From positions 57,350,001-57,414,000 of the forward strand of contig CM126210.1 in the NCBI GenBank assembly GCA_052327205.1: DNA of 64,000 nt, given 5' to 3'. This stretch comes from Somniosus microcephalus. Lineage: Eukaryota. This document shows positions 22,372 through 35,790 of the stretch, piece after piece (the stretch's first letter is position 1; each line of letters starts with the position of its first letter). The position numbers were made by a program, and so were the translations under genes. Below the pieces are notes generated by a model. It had not been told where the DNA came from. It saw only the letters and a program-made list of their open reading frames with translations, and ran no database searches.

Positions 22372-25300
22372 CTATAAAGCTTTTCTTTTCCTATCACTGG
22401 CCCTTCTACATGGTGCTATCTCTATGGCTTCAGCAGACGTAGAGGCAGGCTGCTCTGTTCCTCTGGGTGTTGGGGCCCATGAGGGCCCTGCCAAAGACTG
22501 CTCCACCTGCACCTGAAGAGGCAGCATGTCAGCTACTGGTTGAGGTGTGTCAACAGGTGAGAGGGGCTGACGTTTTGAGAAGAGTGCACACTTTCATCTC
22601 CCTTATTAGCATCCTCCCTGCCCTGGGCTAGCAGCACATCACTGTTGCCTCCCTGCTGGAGAACAGCTTGGAGAATCTATCTTTCTTAGGTCCAAAGTGG
22701 ATGACCTCACACTTTCCCACATTAAACGCCATCTGCCAACATTTTGCCCACTCACCTAATCTATCAATGTCCCTTTGCAACTTTCTGCTCCCATCTACAC
22801 TATTTACTCTGCCACTTAACTTAGTGTCATCAGTAAACTTAGATATACAGCTCCCTATTCCTTCATCCAAGTCATTTATAAATTTAGTGAAAAGCTGCAC
22901 CCCGGTACAGATCCCTGGGGGACACCACTAGTCACATCCGGCCAGTTTGAGTACCTACCCATTATCACTACTCCCTGTTTCCTGCCTCCAACCCAATTCT
23001 CTATCCAAGCCAACAGCTTGCCTCCAATTCCGTGCGCTCTCATAGGAACAGGAGGAGGCCATTCAGCCCCTCGAGCCTGTTCCGCCATTCAGTGAGATCA
23101 TGGCTGATCTGCGATCTAACTCCATATACCCACCTTTGGCCCATATCCCTTAATACCTTTGGTTAATAAATTAACAATTGATCTAGCATCAATTGCCGTT
23201 TGCGGAAGAGAGTTCCAAACTTCTACCACCCTTTGTGTGTAGAAGTTTTTCCTAATTTCACTCCTGAAAGGTCTGGTTCTCATTTTTAGACTATGCCCCC
23301 TAGTCCTAGAATCCCCAACCAGCGGAAATAGTTTCTCTCTATCTACCCTATCTGTTCCCCTTAATATCCTGAAAGCTTCGATCAGGTCACCCCTTAACCT
23401 TACAAATTCTAGGGAATACAACCCTAATATGTGTAATCTCTCCTCGTAACTTAATCCTTGAAGTCGGGGTATCATTCTGGTAAACCTACGCTGCACTCCC
23501 TCTAAGGCCAATATATCCTTCCTAAGGTGTGGTGCCCAGAACTGTTCACAGTACTCCAGGCGTGGTCTAACCAGGGTTTTGTATAGCTGCAGCATAACTT
23601 CTACTCCCTTGTACTCTAGTCATCTAGATATAAAGGCCAACAATCCATTAGCCTTTTTGATTATTTTCTGTACCTGTTCATGACATTTTAATGATCTATG
23701 TACCTGGACCCCCAAGTCTCTTTGGACCTCCACTGTTTTTAGCTTTTCACCATTTAGAAAGTACCCTGTTCTATCCTTTTTAGGTCCAAAGTGGATGACC
23801 TCACATTTGCTTACATTGAAATCCATTTCCCACAGTTTTGCCCATTCACTTAATCTGTCAATATCCCTTTGTAATTTTATGCTTTCATCTACAGTGCCAC
23901 CTATCTTTGTGTCATCGGTAAATTTCTTCTGCCACTCAGACAATTTCCGAACCAAGTCAATAATTTGCCCTCAATTCCATGGACTAATACCTTAGTTAAC
24001 AGTCTCTTATGTGGGACTTTATCAAATGCCTTCTGGAAGTCCATATAAATAACATCCATAGACATTCCCCTGTCCACTACTTTAGTCACCTCTTCAAAAA
24101 ATCAATATAGATAACATCCATAGACATTTACTTATCTACCACATCTGTTAACTCCTCAAAAGATTCAACTTGGTTTGTTAGACATGATTTACCCTTTACA
24201 AGTCCATGCTGGCTCTCTGATCATAATGTTCAAATGCTCTTGTGATATCTATATATCTAGAGGACTAATGGGCCTATAATTTCCTAGTTTATCTCTCCTA
24301 CTCTTCGTAAATAATGGAGTGACATTGATACCTTGCACAGTTGCTGCTGAGCCTCCAGTTTTAATTGATAGCTCCCGCTGGGTTCAGCTCTCTGTCCAGC
24401 TGAGCAGAGCTTGGAGAGGATGGCGCACTCTGACGAGGACTCTCCACAGCTGTCCCTGTCATCATTCTCTCTCTGCTCATGTTTGTGTCGTGTGATTCAC
24501 CAGGTAACATCCCACCTAACTGTCTAAGAGGATCCACCGTTGTTCGTATCTGTGCTGGTTCCTGCAATGCATGTGTCCTGTAATGATGCGGCCTCAGCAG
24601 GAATCAGCTCTTCTGAGGAATCCTCGTCATTTCTGGGTATAGGCTCGTTATCTTTGCATGATGGCCCTGGAGAAGAGAGGAGACGGATAAGATTTAGACA
24701 TGGAACTTTACAAATGTTGAAATACACATGATGAAAGTGATCATATTTGATAAAGTGCTGAAGTCAACTCAAGATGACATTGTGTAGGAAATGTGGGTCT
24801 GAGAGATTAACTCTGTCACCCTGATGCAATGCACTACCAATTTCGACATCTCCAATACATATAGGGAGGCAGATTCGCCGCTAATCTCCAAAGCCAAGTA
24901 ACCTCTGCCAGGTAAAGCTCCACGATCTTGTGGGGGTTGGTGTGGGGGGTGTGGGGTGGGGGTGGTGTCTGCCTCTGGTCCTCGCCCTCTCCCTGGCATT
25001 CTGTGCTCTCTTCTGCAAGGGTGGCATGACAGACCTATGATTGGCTCTGAGGCATGTAAGTATCCAATGGATGTAGTGTATTAGGTGAGGGTGATAATCA
25101 GGCAAATGCATCACGAGTGCCACTGGCAGCATTTGAGGACATGTTGACGGTGCCATTTGAGGACGTGTGCTGAGAATCAAGGGAGATCACTGATCAGATT
25201 ACTTGAGGATTGGGGTGACTAACAGTTGTGGATAGAGGAAAGTAGAGGTCAGAATGTGCACTGAAATGGAACGATGGGTGCTGCTGAAAGTGAAGTGGGT

Positions 25301-25628
25301 GTGAGGAGTGATGTGAATGGAGTACACTTGACAAGACAGAGTGAGAGGAGGTGCACTATAGCACGTAGGTGAAGCTGCAACTTTGCTCACCTTCCTGACC
25401 TGGTTGGGCCTTGAAACACTTCCTGCAAAGGATCCAGGTCCTCATGGTCACACCTCTGCTGCTCACTTCCTGATCCACCTCCAGCCACGCCTTCTTAGTC
25501 GTGGCAAACGATTTCTTTTTCCCATTGCTGGGAAAGAGGTCATCCTTCCTGGCCCTTACTGCACCCAGCTGAGCATCCAGAGATGACTCACTGAACCTGG
25601 GTGCAGCTTTTGCTCTCTTGACAGACAT
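22372..25628 (-). pseudogene. Harbinger Myb/SANT-like (trihelix, MSANTD/NAIF1-like) DNA-binding gene, multi-exon, disrupted
   Basis: APRFSESSL...KKAWLEV.QEVSSRGVTMRTWILCRKCF; donor GAAG|GTGAG near 25390; acceptor ttgcAG|KRAQNARERART near 25013; acidic exon near 24667; basic end RRASDRKRKAL* at 22372. Confidence 0.85.
22672..24330 (-). mobile_element. CR1 fragment containing a second nested CR1 (23041-24100), both inside the Myb-like gene
   Basis: RT motifs at 22672-23040 resume at ~24105; a new CR1 tail (cataggaacaggaggaggcc) starts at 23041. Confidence 0.88.
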
Positions 25629-26141
25629 GTCCCTCAGTTTACTCCTTAAAATACCTCACTATCTATCTCCAGACGTCCTTTTCCATTGCATCTGTGAACT
25701 GGGTCTTTAAATAGTCGAGGTGAACTCGCGTCATGCGGGTCCGCATCACACCTGCTCATGCACATTGGAGACACAAAACCAGGAAGTAAAATGATAATGA
25801 GGCATCTCCATTGAAATCGGACATTTCTTCGTGCCCCACAATGTTGTGCATCCGTCACCTCCACCGCTCTGTTCCAGTCTCCGCGTTAATAACGGGGCCA
25901 AGGAGTTTCATTTTTTAGGTTAATAAAACTTAATGCTTTAAAAAATACATTTAATCCAGTGAATTTGAAAGCTAAAGGAGGAAAAAGTAGTATATTTACA
26001 TGGCTTAATACTCTGCCATTAGTAATCTAATCTGTATTATTTGTGATATCACACTGAAGTGAGCAAGGAAGTAAGTGTTTCTTAATGGTTCTACTAGTTC
26101 TGTGGTGCATGCTTTAAAACAGCTGGTCAGAGGAAATAATC

Positions 26142-26430
26142 TGCGACCTCTACCACCTAGAAGGACAAGGGCCGCAGGCGCATGGGAACACCACCACCTC
26201 CAAGTCCCACACCATCCTGACTTGGACATATATCGCCTGCCATTCCTTCATTGTCTCTGGGTCAAAATCCTGGAACTCCCTTCCTAACAGCATTGTTGGA
26301 GTACCTTCACCACACGGACTACAGCAGTTCAAGAAGAAGGCTTACCACAATCTGCTCATGGGCAACTAGAAATGGGCAATAAATGCTGGCCTTACTAGCG
26401 GAGCTAATATCCCAGAAATGAATTTTTTAA
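26142..26430 (+). mobile_element. LINE 3' end, same family as 17672-18455
   Basis: gacctctaccacctagaaggacaaggg...gggcaataaatgctggcc. Confidence 0.85.
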
Positions 26431-27344
26431 ACACATTGTAGGGTCAATTTTCTGAGCCGTGTGAACATTGAAAATTAAGAGCAAATTGAGAAAAATACAG
26501 TTCCACTTTAAGATCACAAAAATATGGGTGTTCTGAATATCACGCAAGGCCTGAAATTATGCCATAGCAATATTAATGTAGAAATGCTCAACGGATTTGC
26601 TTGAAATTCATCTTTCTGCTGGTTAACCCTTCCACCAGTTTAATGGAGGTGAACATGTTGAGTGTTTGTGTTTTCGAATTTCACACCATAATTTCAGGCT
26701 CATAAGGATTTAGTCGCATTTCATCTTGGAAAAAGTTTACATGCCTGTTAAAATCAACAGAGTAGTATTTGACGAATTTTAATTTTATCAGGACTCCTCT
26801 CTATAATGTAAGGCATTGCAGCTGGTTAAGAACTAGTTTCAGTATCCATTCCTAGTGATATGGCATTCTGGAATGGATACTGTTGAAACTTGGTTTATAA
26901 GTTTTGTTTTACTATTCTTGATATCCAGCACTGAAATGAAGAGTGCACTGTTGCTTGTTCTGGCCTTAAACTGTAGTATTATTGTCCTACTGGTAGTGTA
27001 GGTATTACCTTGGATATTCTTTAGAGCCTCACATTTTTCTCATTACTTATTTAAAATTTGACTGGAGATACCTCGAGATATCACTCCTTAATCTGTTAAA
27101 TTCTAGACAATATGAAGTAATAGTCAGTGATCCACTCTCCAGATGGGGAGTTCCACTCAACGGAAGCATTGGGGGGAGGGTCTTTCCTTCCCGATTCTGC
27201 CGGAAATCAGGTGACATCACAGCAAAGAGTGATGAAGAATTCATGTGGTGAGGCTGACCTGGATTTCTCTCCCCCCCCCCGCTCATGCCAGGACCACCAC
27301 TGACTACTGCTACCCCACCTGCCGCACACAAATAACAGCGGGGG

Positions 27345-28030
27345 AGCAAGACAATTTGATAAGGCAGTTAAGAAAATGTATGGGATACTTGGCTTTGTAA
27401 ATAGGGGCATTGAATGCAAAAACAAGGAAGTCATGCTAAACCTTTACACATGTCTGGTTAGGCCTCAGCTGGAGTATTGTGTACAATTCTGGGCACCACA
27501 CTTTAGGAAAGATGTCAAGGCCCTGGAGAGGGTACAGGGGAGGTGTATCAGGATGATACCAGAGATGAGGGACTATAGTTACGTGGAGAGATTGGAGAAG
27601 CTGAGATTGTTCTCCTTCGAGCAGAGAAGGTTAAAGGGAAACCTAATACAGGTATTCAAAATGATAAGGGGTTTTGTTAGAGCAAGTAGGGAGAAACTAT
27701 TTCCTGTGGCAAGTGGGTCGGTAACCAGAGGTCATAGATTTCAAATAATTGGCAAAATAACTCGAGGGGAAACGAAGAGAAATTTCTTCACACAGAGGGT
27801 TGTAATGATCTGAAATGTACTACCTGAAAGGGTGGTGGAATCAGATTCCATAGGAACTTCTAAAAGGCAATTGGACATGTACTGGAAGAGGTCTAATTTA
27901 TAGGGTTAATGAGGAAAAAGCAGGGATATAGGATTAAATTGGACAGCTCTTTCAAAGAGCCGGCACAGGCGTGACAGGCCGAATGGCCCCCCTCTGTGCT
28001 GTAAGATTCTATGATTTTATGATTCTATAA
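27345..28030 (+). mobile_element. CR1 LINE 3' fragment (second subfamily)
   Basis: ORF 27376-27813 LVRPQLEYCVQFWAPH; (ATTCTATG)n-like tail. Confidence 0.93.
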
Positions 28031-28229
28031 CAATTCAGAATCATTCTTAAATATGTCTGTATAAAGTGAATTTGTTTAAATTTAATGCTACTGTGCAATG
28101 TATCAGAACAGAATCTCAGTGCATAATCATCTGAATTGTATGGTCTCCTAAAAGCCTATTGCATCTGCAAGCTTTTTCTGCACCTTTTGATGTAGGTTTA
28201 TTCCGAGTTTATTGTGTTATAAAGAAGTG

Positions 28230-28465
28230 TGTATGAGGAGAATTCTTTTTATTCAGCGAGTTGTTATAACCTGGAACGCATGCCTGAAAAGGTGGTGGAA
28301 GCAGATTCAATAATAACTTTCAAAATGGAATTGGATATATACCTTAAAAGAAAACAAAATTGCAGGGCTATGGGGAAAGAACAGGGGAGTGGGACTAATT
28401 GGATAGCTCTTTCAAAGAGCCGGCACAGACACGATGGGCCGAATGGCATCCCACTGTGCTATATA
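28230..28465 (+). mobile_element. CR1 3' end fragment
   Basis: aaagagccggcacagacacgatgggccgaatggc tail. Confidence 0.85.
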
Positions 28466-29913
28466 TGTATTGGTAGGTGTTACAATGCAACAGTATTGGA
28501 TGTCTATAAACAACAGTAGCGTCCAATCTCTTGTGCCAATTCTACTTACTAAAAGCATTGGGGTCTCCCATTTAGATTAGGTTTGCTGGAGAGACAGTAT
28601 TACAATGGTTAGCTTTGTATATGCCTGAACTTTTCCTGTAGTAGCCATATTAATTTAAAATTAATAACAGAAAATCATCCGGTCCACATATACCCTCCAT
28701 AAAATCCAGTCTATGTTGCACCTCTATTTATATTTTTGTTCTTAACAAATATGAAGGAGGCAGAATAGAGTGATTTGTGAAGCACTGGGAAAGGTACAGC
28801 TTCAGCCTGCTTGCTGGGTTTGATGACCACTGAGGTGCTCTTGTGCCAGTATCGCAAAATTCCAAGTTCCGCATAGTGAGTCCTTCTCTGGTGTTAATAG
28901 GTTAGTCAGTCAGGCAAAGTGACAGAAAATTCGAGATGTAATCCAAAGAGATGTGGGGTGTGATTTATACACTGGATTTGACAGATTTCCTGAAAACAAC
29001 CTTGTTTCTACCAGGTTTATTTCAAATAAAAGTAGAAAGAGCTTTGTTAAAGTTTGAGCTATAATCTATAGTTCAGCTTTATAATTGATCATTTAAGTAG
29101 TGCGATAGAATAAACACTGTCTCTTCAAGTCACACTTTTGATATCCTTTTGTATATTGTACTTTTGTCAGGACTTTTGTAGAAAAATTAAGAGCCAAATT
29201 TTATTAGTGATACCCTGCAGGTAAATTGCAATTATGTTACAGTCCACAGTCCCAACGTAACAGAATCGCAGGCAAACCATTTACTGTAGTTGATCTCTTC
29301 TCATGGGGATGAGATGTTTATACTGTGCTGCTGTTGAGGGGACAGGACTGGTATAAGTGAAGACCTGCAGGTGAATTTACATCAGTGCATAAACCCCTGC
29401 CTCCTCTGCACTTACACTGCCGCACTGTGCCAGTGAGTCTTGTGAAAAACTTTTGTTAGGAAATAAATCAACTTGCACAATTCTGAACCTAATGGACACG
29501 GTTTCCAAGGTGGCGTTGGGGGTGCAGTGAAGACATCCTTTTCTTTTGCCCTTGCTATCTGACCTGGGATGAAAGGTACATTTCCCGATAATGTCAGGCT
29601 GTTTTCTTCTTCTGCATGGAGAATGGAATGGTTCCAGAAAACCAGTTAAATTAAATTGAACATTAATTCACGGGGCTGCTCTGTACTTAGTGCCATGGTG
29701 CATTTAAATGCATTTTCTCTGCAGTATTATCACGATAAATAAAATGTTGGCCTGTTTGTTTGCAGATTTTAAGTGCTTGTATCATTGAAACGTACAATGA
29801 AAAGGTTTTGATTTGTTCACTGTCAGTGACATCTTCATCAGATCTCACTTTCTTTTTCATTGCTCCATCTTTTCTCCTCACTGTATTGCACCCCATTCAT
29901 CATGTCTGTGCAG

Positions 29914-29976
29914 CGAGTTCCTTATGCTGCCCAGAGCAAAACGAGGATGGAGTGCAGAGTGCCTGCATACTGCCAG
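29914..29976 (+). CDS. RIMS1: RIMS1 cassette exon, 63 nt, phase 2-2
   Basis: gtgcAG|C GAG...GCC AG|GTaaat; (S)EFLMLPRAKRGWSAECLHTA vs RIM1 SELLMLPRAKRGRSAECLHTT. Confidence 0.94.
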
Positions 29977-31887
29977 GTAAATATAGCAGCCCAACAGCAT
30001 TCAAGACACCTTTCTCATTCTGTAAATGAAGGTAATCTGTGAATGACTTTTTTTTACATTGGTTTAGTGTTGCTGTCATAATAATGGTTTTCAGTTGTAA
30101 AAATGTATGAATTCATTGATAGACATCTTGTTGTGCTTTAAAAACAGCTACACTTTGTGTTTCTGCTATCTTGTCTTTCATCCTTGTGGTGAATAATATT
30201 GAGCGGCAATCATTTTCATAGTTTGTATTTGGTGTGCTCTGCAGATTTTTGACAATGCCACTCAGATATAAATTAAATTTAGTTAAAAAAAATCTTCTGA
30301 GCCAGAGGATCCACCCATATCAGCTGTTAGTTTATTAGACCATACACCTGACCATACGGCCTGCAATTATGTTCCCTAATATCACTTCACGTTTAAAGCA
30401 CATCCTTGCTAGATGTTAGATGTATACAAATAACCCTTTATGAAAATACACTATGATGTAAGCACACTGTCCTCTGCTATTTAATCCATGTTGGTAATGC
30501 CTTCATTAACTCAAAATCTATACAAACAGCTGGGCCTTGCTGAAAACTGCATTTACGTATAGCTCCCAAAAATGATGCTATAGAAAGGGGCTGCTGGTCT
30601 CAGTGTCTTTTTATTGAGAGAATAATCACTCTTCTCTGACTGTTTTCCCTTGAAAGCATCCACAAGTAGTTGATTGGTTCCCATTGAACCAAATAGCTGT
30701 TTCTAAAATGTGCAGTAAGGAATGAGGTTTACAGCCCTGGACCAAACCTGCTACCGGCATCAATTATGAACAGCTCCCAGCAGTGACGTTTGGCATTAGT
30801 TCTCCCTTTTGGGTCTGGTCAGGCTGAGCTGAGTTCTTAGTCCACCTGTACAAACTAGCAATGCACTTTCAACATTGCTGGCCTGTACAGGACCTTTCCA
30901 GAACATCAAGGAGGATCCTGGCCAGATCTACAAAGCAGCAAATGTGACTTTGCAGGAGCGGTGTACCATGTTGCATTTAGGGATTTTTCATTACTTGTCC
31001 TTGAAGGATTTTTTTGTAATAATGTTTTGATATGAAGTCAGGATATTGAGTTTTAATTCCCAATGTGTAGCTATTTTTGACAAAGAAAAATTATTGGAGC
31101 TCTTGAAGTAGTAGGAGACTAACACACTAAAACTCTATGGGGTTCACTTGGTCTCCCACGTAACTCCAATGGGAATGCGACAGAACCCTCAAAAAACATG
31201 AGATACAGCGTAACCCAGTACTCTCATTGGTATCCACTGATTTTTTTTGTGGGTTGCGCCAGTCTCCTGCTTGAGTTATGACAGGAGAACAGGAGATTCC
31301 TTGCAGATCTTCTGAATGCCAGCCATTAAAACTGCTTTCCTTATCATTTGAGACATTATCACATTTCAACACTTCCAGTGAGCGTTCACAGATGATATGT
31401 TTGGAGAGGCTGCATTCATGTGAGCTCAACATGGGGTTGTCTGGCAGGAAACTACTCCTGGGGGGAGTGGGGGGAGTCAGTCTGATTGGCAGCTCAACTG
31501 GCCATACCCTGGATACAGAGAACTGGGGAAGGGAGGTCCAGAAGTCAAACCTCTGCACTATTGTCCAGCTAAGAAACACGGCCTGCAGAGGCAGTCTGTG
31601 AGAACTGGTACGGAAGTCAGACCCAGAGCCAGAAAGCTCTTTTCTTCAGCTTAGTACCAATTCATTTTAGAGAAACTACTGGTCAGAAAAGTTATATTTA
31701 GCCTGCTAATCAGGACAGTGAAATGTTCTTGGTATTTTCTGTTAGGCGGATTGTTACAAAATAAGTTGAAATTCGCTGTAATCATTCCTCTTCTCATTCA
31801 CAGATTCTGTGAAAAATAAATCAGCTTGGCCATGTCTCACTACAGTGTTAGTCCATCTTTTAACAGATTGGAAAAACATACATAGAG

Positions 31888-32990
31888 GAACAGCAACATG
31901 CATTTATAGAACACCTTTAATATAGGGACACATCCCAAGGCATTTCAGAGAGTTGCAAGGATAAAAAGGACCCCGTCAAAGAAAGAGGTATTAGGAGAGT
32001 ATACCAAAAGCTTGGTTAAAGAAGTGGGTTTGTAGGTGGGTCTTAATTGAGAAGAGGGAGATGAAGGGGCTGACTGCATGTTTGCAAATGATGTTGCCAA
32101 GGGACAGGTGATAGATGAGGAAAAGGAGCCAAAGGTGAATCCTTAGGGACTCTGAAGATGATGGTGCAGGGGCTGGAAGAGAAGCTATTCGTGGAAATGC
32201 TTTGGCTATGGTTGGTTGGTAAGAGTGGAACCAAACAAGGGCAGTCCCGCTGAGCTGGACAATAGAGGAGAAGACTTGGAGGAGGGTGGTGTGGTTGACC
32301 ATGTCAAAGGCTGCAGAGAAGTGACTGAGGACATAGAACAACGTCAACAACAATAACTTGTATTTATATAGTGCCTTTAACATAGTAAAATATCCCAAGG
32401 CACTTTAGAGGAGCGTTATCAAACAAAATTTGACACCGAGACACATAAGGAGATATTAGGACAGATGAGGTAGGTTTTAAGGAGTGCCTTAAAGGAGGAA
32501 AGAGAAGCGGACAGGTTTAGGGAGGGTACTCCAGAGCTTAGGGCCTTGGCAGCTGAAGCCATGGCCGCAAATGGTGGAGCAATTAAAATCGGGGATGCTC
32601 AAGAGGCAAAATTGGAGGAGCGCAGAGACCTTGGCGGGTTGTAGGGCTGGAAGAGATTACAGAGATAGGGAGGGGCGAGGCATCGAGGGATTTGTAAACA
32701 AGGATGAGAATTTTTAAATCGAGGCGTTGCTTAACCGGGAGCAAGTGTAGATCAGCGAGCACTGGGGTGATGGGTGAACAGGACTTGGTGTGCGTTAGGA
32801 CACGGGCAGCAGAGTTTTGGATGAACTCAAGTTTACGGAGGGTAGAACGTGGGAGGCTGGCCAGGAGTGCGTTGGAATAGTCAGCTAGCATCAGGGCCAG
32901 GAAGGGAAGCTGTGTGGTCAGCAGTTTCCTGGGAATGGAGGTAAGGGAGCAGGATGAGCTTGGAGTGAGCATAGAGAAAACCTAAAGAGA
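31888..32990 (-). mobile_element. Two adjacent L2-clade LINE fragments
   Basis: Minus ORFs SAAFDMVNHTTLL..WFHSY and DYSNALLA..IQNSAARVL..ITPVLADLH; two L2-type 3' tails (aaggcactatataaatacaagttattgttgttg). Confidence 0.88.
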
Positions 32991-35439
32991 CAGGGGAGTG
33001 AGATTACAACATACATTTCACATAAGGGATTTCTGTTGTTACTACCCCTAGTATAATATGACTAGATATTGAATGGTAAAAGTAAGCACCTGATCGTAAG
33101 GGACAGTGGGCCCACTTGCATGTGAGATTGATGACGATGAACCTAGAAAAAAGTCTCATGCAGACCCAAAAGTTATAACAGTGGATGGAAAATCACACGG
33201 CCCTTTAAGGCTTTGCAGAATTTACCTTATGAAACATGCCGGTAGTTCTTCACACCTCTCCAATCACTACTCCCTGTGCCTTCAAGCTGTCTCTCCTCAA
33301 TAAATCATTTAGAGCTTCCTCATTTAGAATGGGTTCTTCAATGTCTGGGAGACCTCCACTGGTGTGATGTTGCATGGTGCTGTCATGTGTGAGTTTTGTC
33401 TATAAACATAAGAGCAGTGAGAATTGATGCACATTAATTTGGCTCATGGAAGTTGCTTGCTCCAGTTTATTCCCTCTTCATGACATTACAATGTAATTTG
33501 CATATCCCTACTATTTCAAATTCGAATGCATTCTTTTTCTACATCCTTGCTAACATTTCTGTGTCTTGGTACAGTGTTTTTAGATATTTCTAACAACCAC
33601 TACTCTCCTTTACATGCCCTGTGCCTTACCTGTGCTCTTAAGTTTAACAACTTCATACAGACCCCAGCCAGCTCCTTCTAGTATGTGAGGCGACGCTACT
33701 CTTTGAGTAACACAGTTCCATGCTTAGCAACTCCTTTACATATATGGAAGCTGTTCTCCCTCTTAAGATGTGCTTGCTTTCTCCGTAGCTCAGGTTACCA
33801 GCAAGTGGAGAGTGGTGTTGGTATTTTCTCATTATTGTTCAACCATCAAAATTACGCCCTCCACATTAGACAAATGCACTTTTTGAATTTTACGCCAATT
33901 AGGTAGATTGTATGTTGCTTGAGAAGTGTTAAAAGTATCATTATTGCAGTTACATTCTAATTGGCTGCTAGTTTTATCGCTAACAAAGGTGCAGTCCCAA
34001 GAAGAGCACATTTCCACCCATGTGCTCCTGTAACTTCACTGGCCGTTAAACTATTACAATGGAACAGGCGCTTCGACAACTTTCTGAGAAGAGAGCAATG
34101 TCAGATAAATGGTTTTTGGCCTCGTGCTTTTATCATGTCGCAACTTGCATGTATTTTGCAGCATTATTTCAATTAACATGTACAACCAGAACTTCATGTC
34201 TGTTATTAATTCACTTTGATTACTGGTACAAAGAGAAATATTTCTACCAGTTGTTAGATCCTACCTTTCTATAAAGAACTACACTGACTGAGAAAGAGAC
34301 AGAAACCAAAGCAGCTATTCAGTAAAGCAAATGTGTTTTCTCCTAGTGGGTGAGCTATTGCTCTCCCAGTTCAGAAGTAAACTGTCGCAGCCAGATAATA
34401 TTGCTGATACTGCTTTGCCACATTTAAGTTCTTGGTTTGTCTGTAACACTCTCTTGGCTCTTCCTTATATAAAAGCTCTTATCTGTCATGAGCCAGCTGT
34501 TCATCAATTTTACCTTATTTACATCTTCATACCTCTCCAAGTCCTCCAACCCAGGCTGTATGTATTAAGGGGCAAAATAGAGCTCAGTTAGACAGATAGC
34601 TTCTATAACATTCTTTATTATGTCTTTAATTAAAGTTGTCTTTAATTAACATAGACAAGGTTGCAGAATGAACCAGGTCATGGTAGCAAGATGGCCCTGC
34701 ATTGCTGCAAGTTGCTGTCTGCCCCCTGACGGATCCTCCATTCTGAAGGTGCAACCTGGCAACGGTTGATGCCTAGTTTCCATGGGCATTCGCCCAGCAT
34801 TAGGCCTGAAAAAGAACTCTGGAGGCATTGTTTCTGTGTCACCTGCATGAAATTTAAAAGGTTTCACTTGTTTCAGCCAGCAGCTTCCCGCCCTCATCTA
34901 TTCAGCTTCAGGAACTGTCCATCATACGTAAACAGTGTGGTAAGCCAGTAATTGGGGGTCACTGCTCCTATTTCTTGTCCTTAACTCCTGGGAACATGAG
35001 GCATTAGAACAAGGAAAATAACCCCCACCACATATTGAATTGTAGCCAGTGTATATTTTGTGAAAGTAAAATGGAAAGATAGCTCCCAGGTTGGCAGCTC
35101 CCTACTTAGGTCTCCTTTGCAACTCTATCCATGGCCACCCACTGCCATTCTTGCCCTTGCCTACACCCCCGCCCCAGTCTCCTCTCCTCCACTGTTTTCT
35201 CCTACGAGGGGAGCTATTGCTCTCCCAGCTCAGAAGTAAGTTTAACGGTAAGGCCCTCTGTCCCCAGTAGTGAGTGCATTTAAGTCAAGCTACAACTTCA
35301 AGCTACAAGTTTAAAAACCCAGTTCTGTGTTTTTACTGTGCTCTTTTTAATGGCTGAACCTCTGCTCACATTTGACTTGCTGGATTCCTGGACTCCTCTG
35401 TTGTCAGCATATATGTGGAAGCTGACCCTGTGCTTCAAG

Positions 35440-35790
35440 AACAATGTCGCCAAGGAGCACCATGCAGGTGTTGAACTGGAGGGGCACAGGCTGGGTCCTG
35501 GGGCACACCAGAGGTCACTGTGTGATCAGAGGAGCAGAAGCCATTGGCAGTAATGTTGTGACTGCGTTGAGCTAGGTAAGAAATGAACTTGTAGGTCCCT
35601 GGAGGTGGACTGCAGAGAGAGGCATTGAAAGATAGAGTAGTTGACTGAATTGAAGGCAGTAAAGAGGTCTAGGAGGATGAGGAGAGATTGGGAGACAACC
35701 TGACTTTGATCTGTGTAGTCTTTATACTGTCAGTGGGATGGCAGCCAGATTGGAGTTACTATACTTGAATAAGGAGTGGTAGGAGAAGTG
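35440..35790 (-). mobile_element. Very old L2-like RT fragment
   Basis: Reverse strand acctctggtgtgccccagg (TSGVPQ) and ctcctagacctc...gccttcaattcagtcaac (LLDL..AF..V). Confidence 0.5.

Larger units (their letters stand above)
17263..25899. mobile_element. Decayed autonomous-type PIF/Harbinger DNA transposon (8.6 kb with nested insertions)
   Basis: 14-bp TIRs GGCCTCGATATTAA (17263-17276) and TTAATAACGGGGCC (25886-25899), 12/14 match; AAG duplicated at 17260-62 and 25900-02; convergent transposase and Myb/SANT genes inside. Confidence 0.92.

Noticed and set aside
21817-22516. Cluster of GC-rich ORFs / CpG-island-like segment
   Set aside because: Explained by the nested GC-rich MITE and the 3' end of the Myb-like pseudogene
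18465-25628. Domesticated HARBI1/NAIF1-type host genes
   Set aside because: Frameshifts, stops, retroelement insertions, and intact TIR/TSD mark a dead transposon
31127-31601. 150-aa and 107-aa overlapping ORFs
   Set aside because: No recognisable motif or supporting splice signals; possibly an ancient repeat that I cannot assign
33789-33821. Acceptor-like site ctttctccgtAG as another cassette exon
   Set aside because: No nearby donor that preserves phase 2
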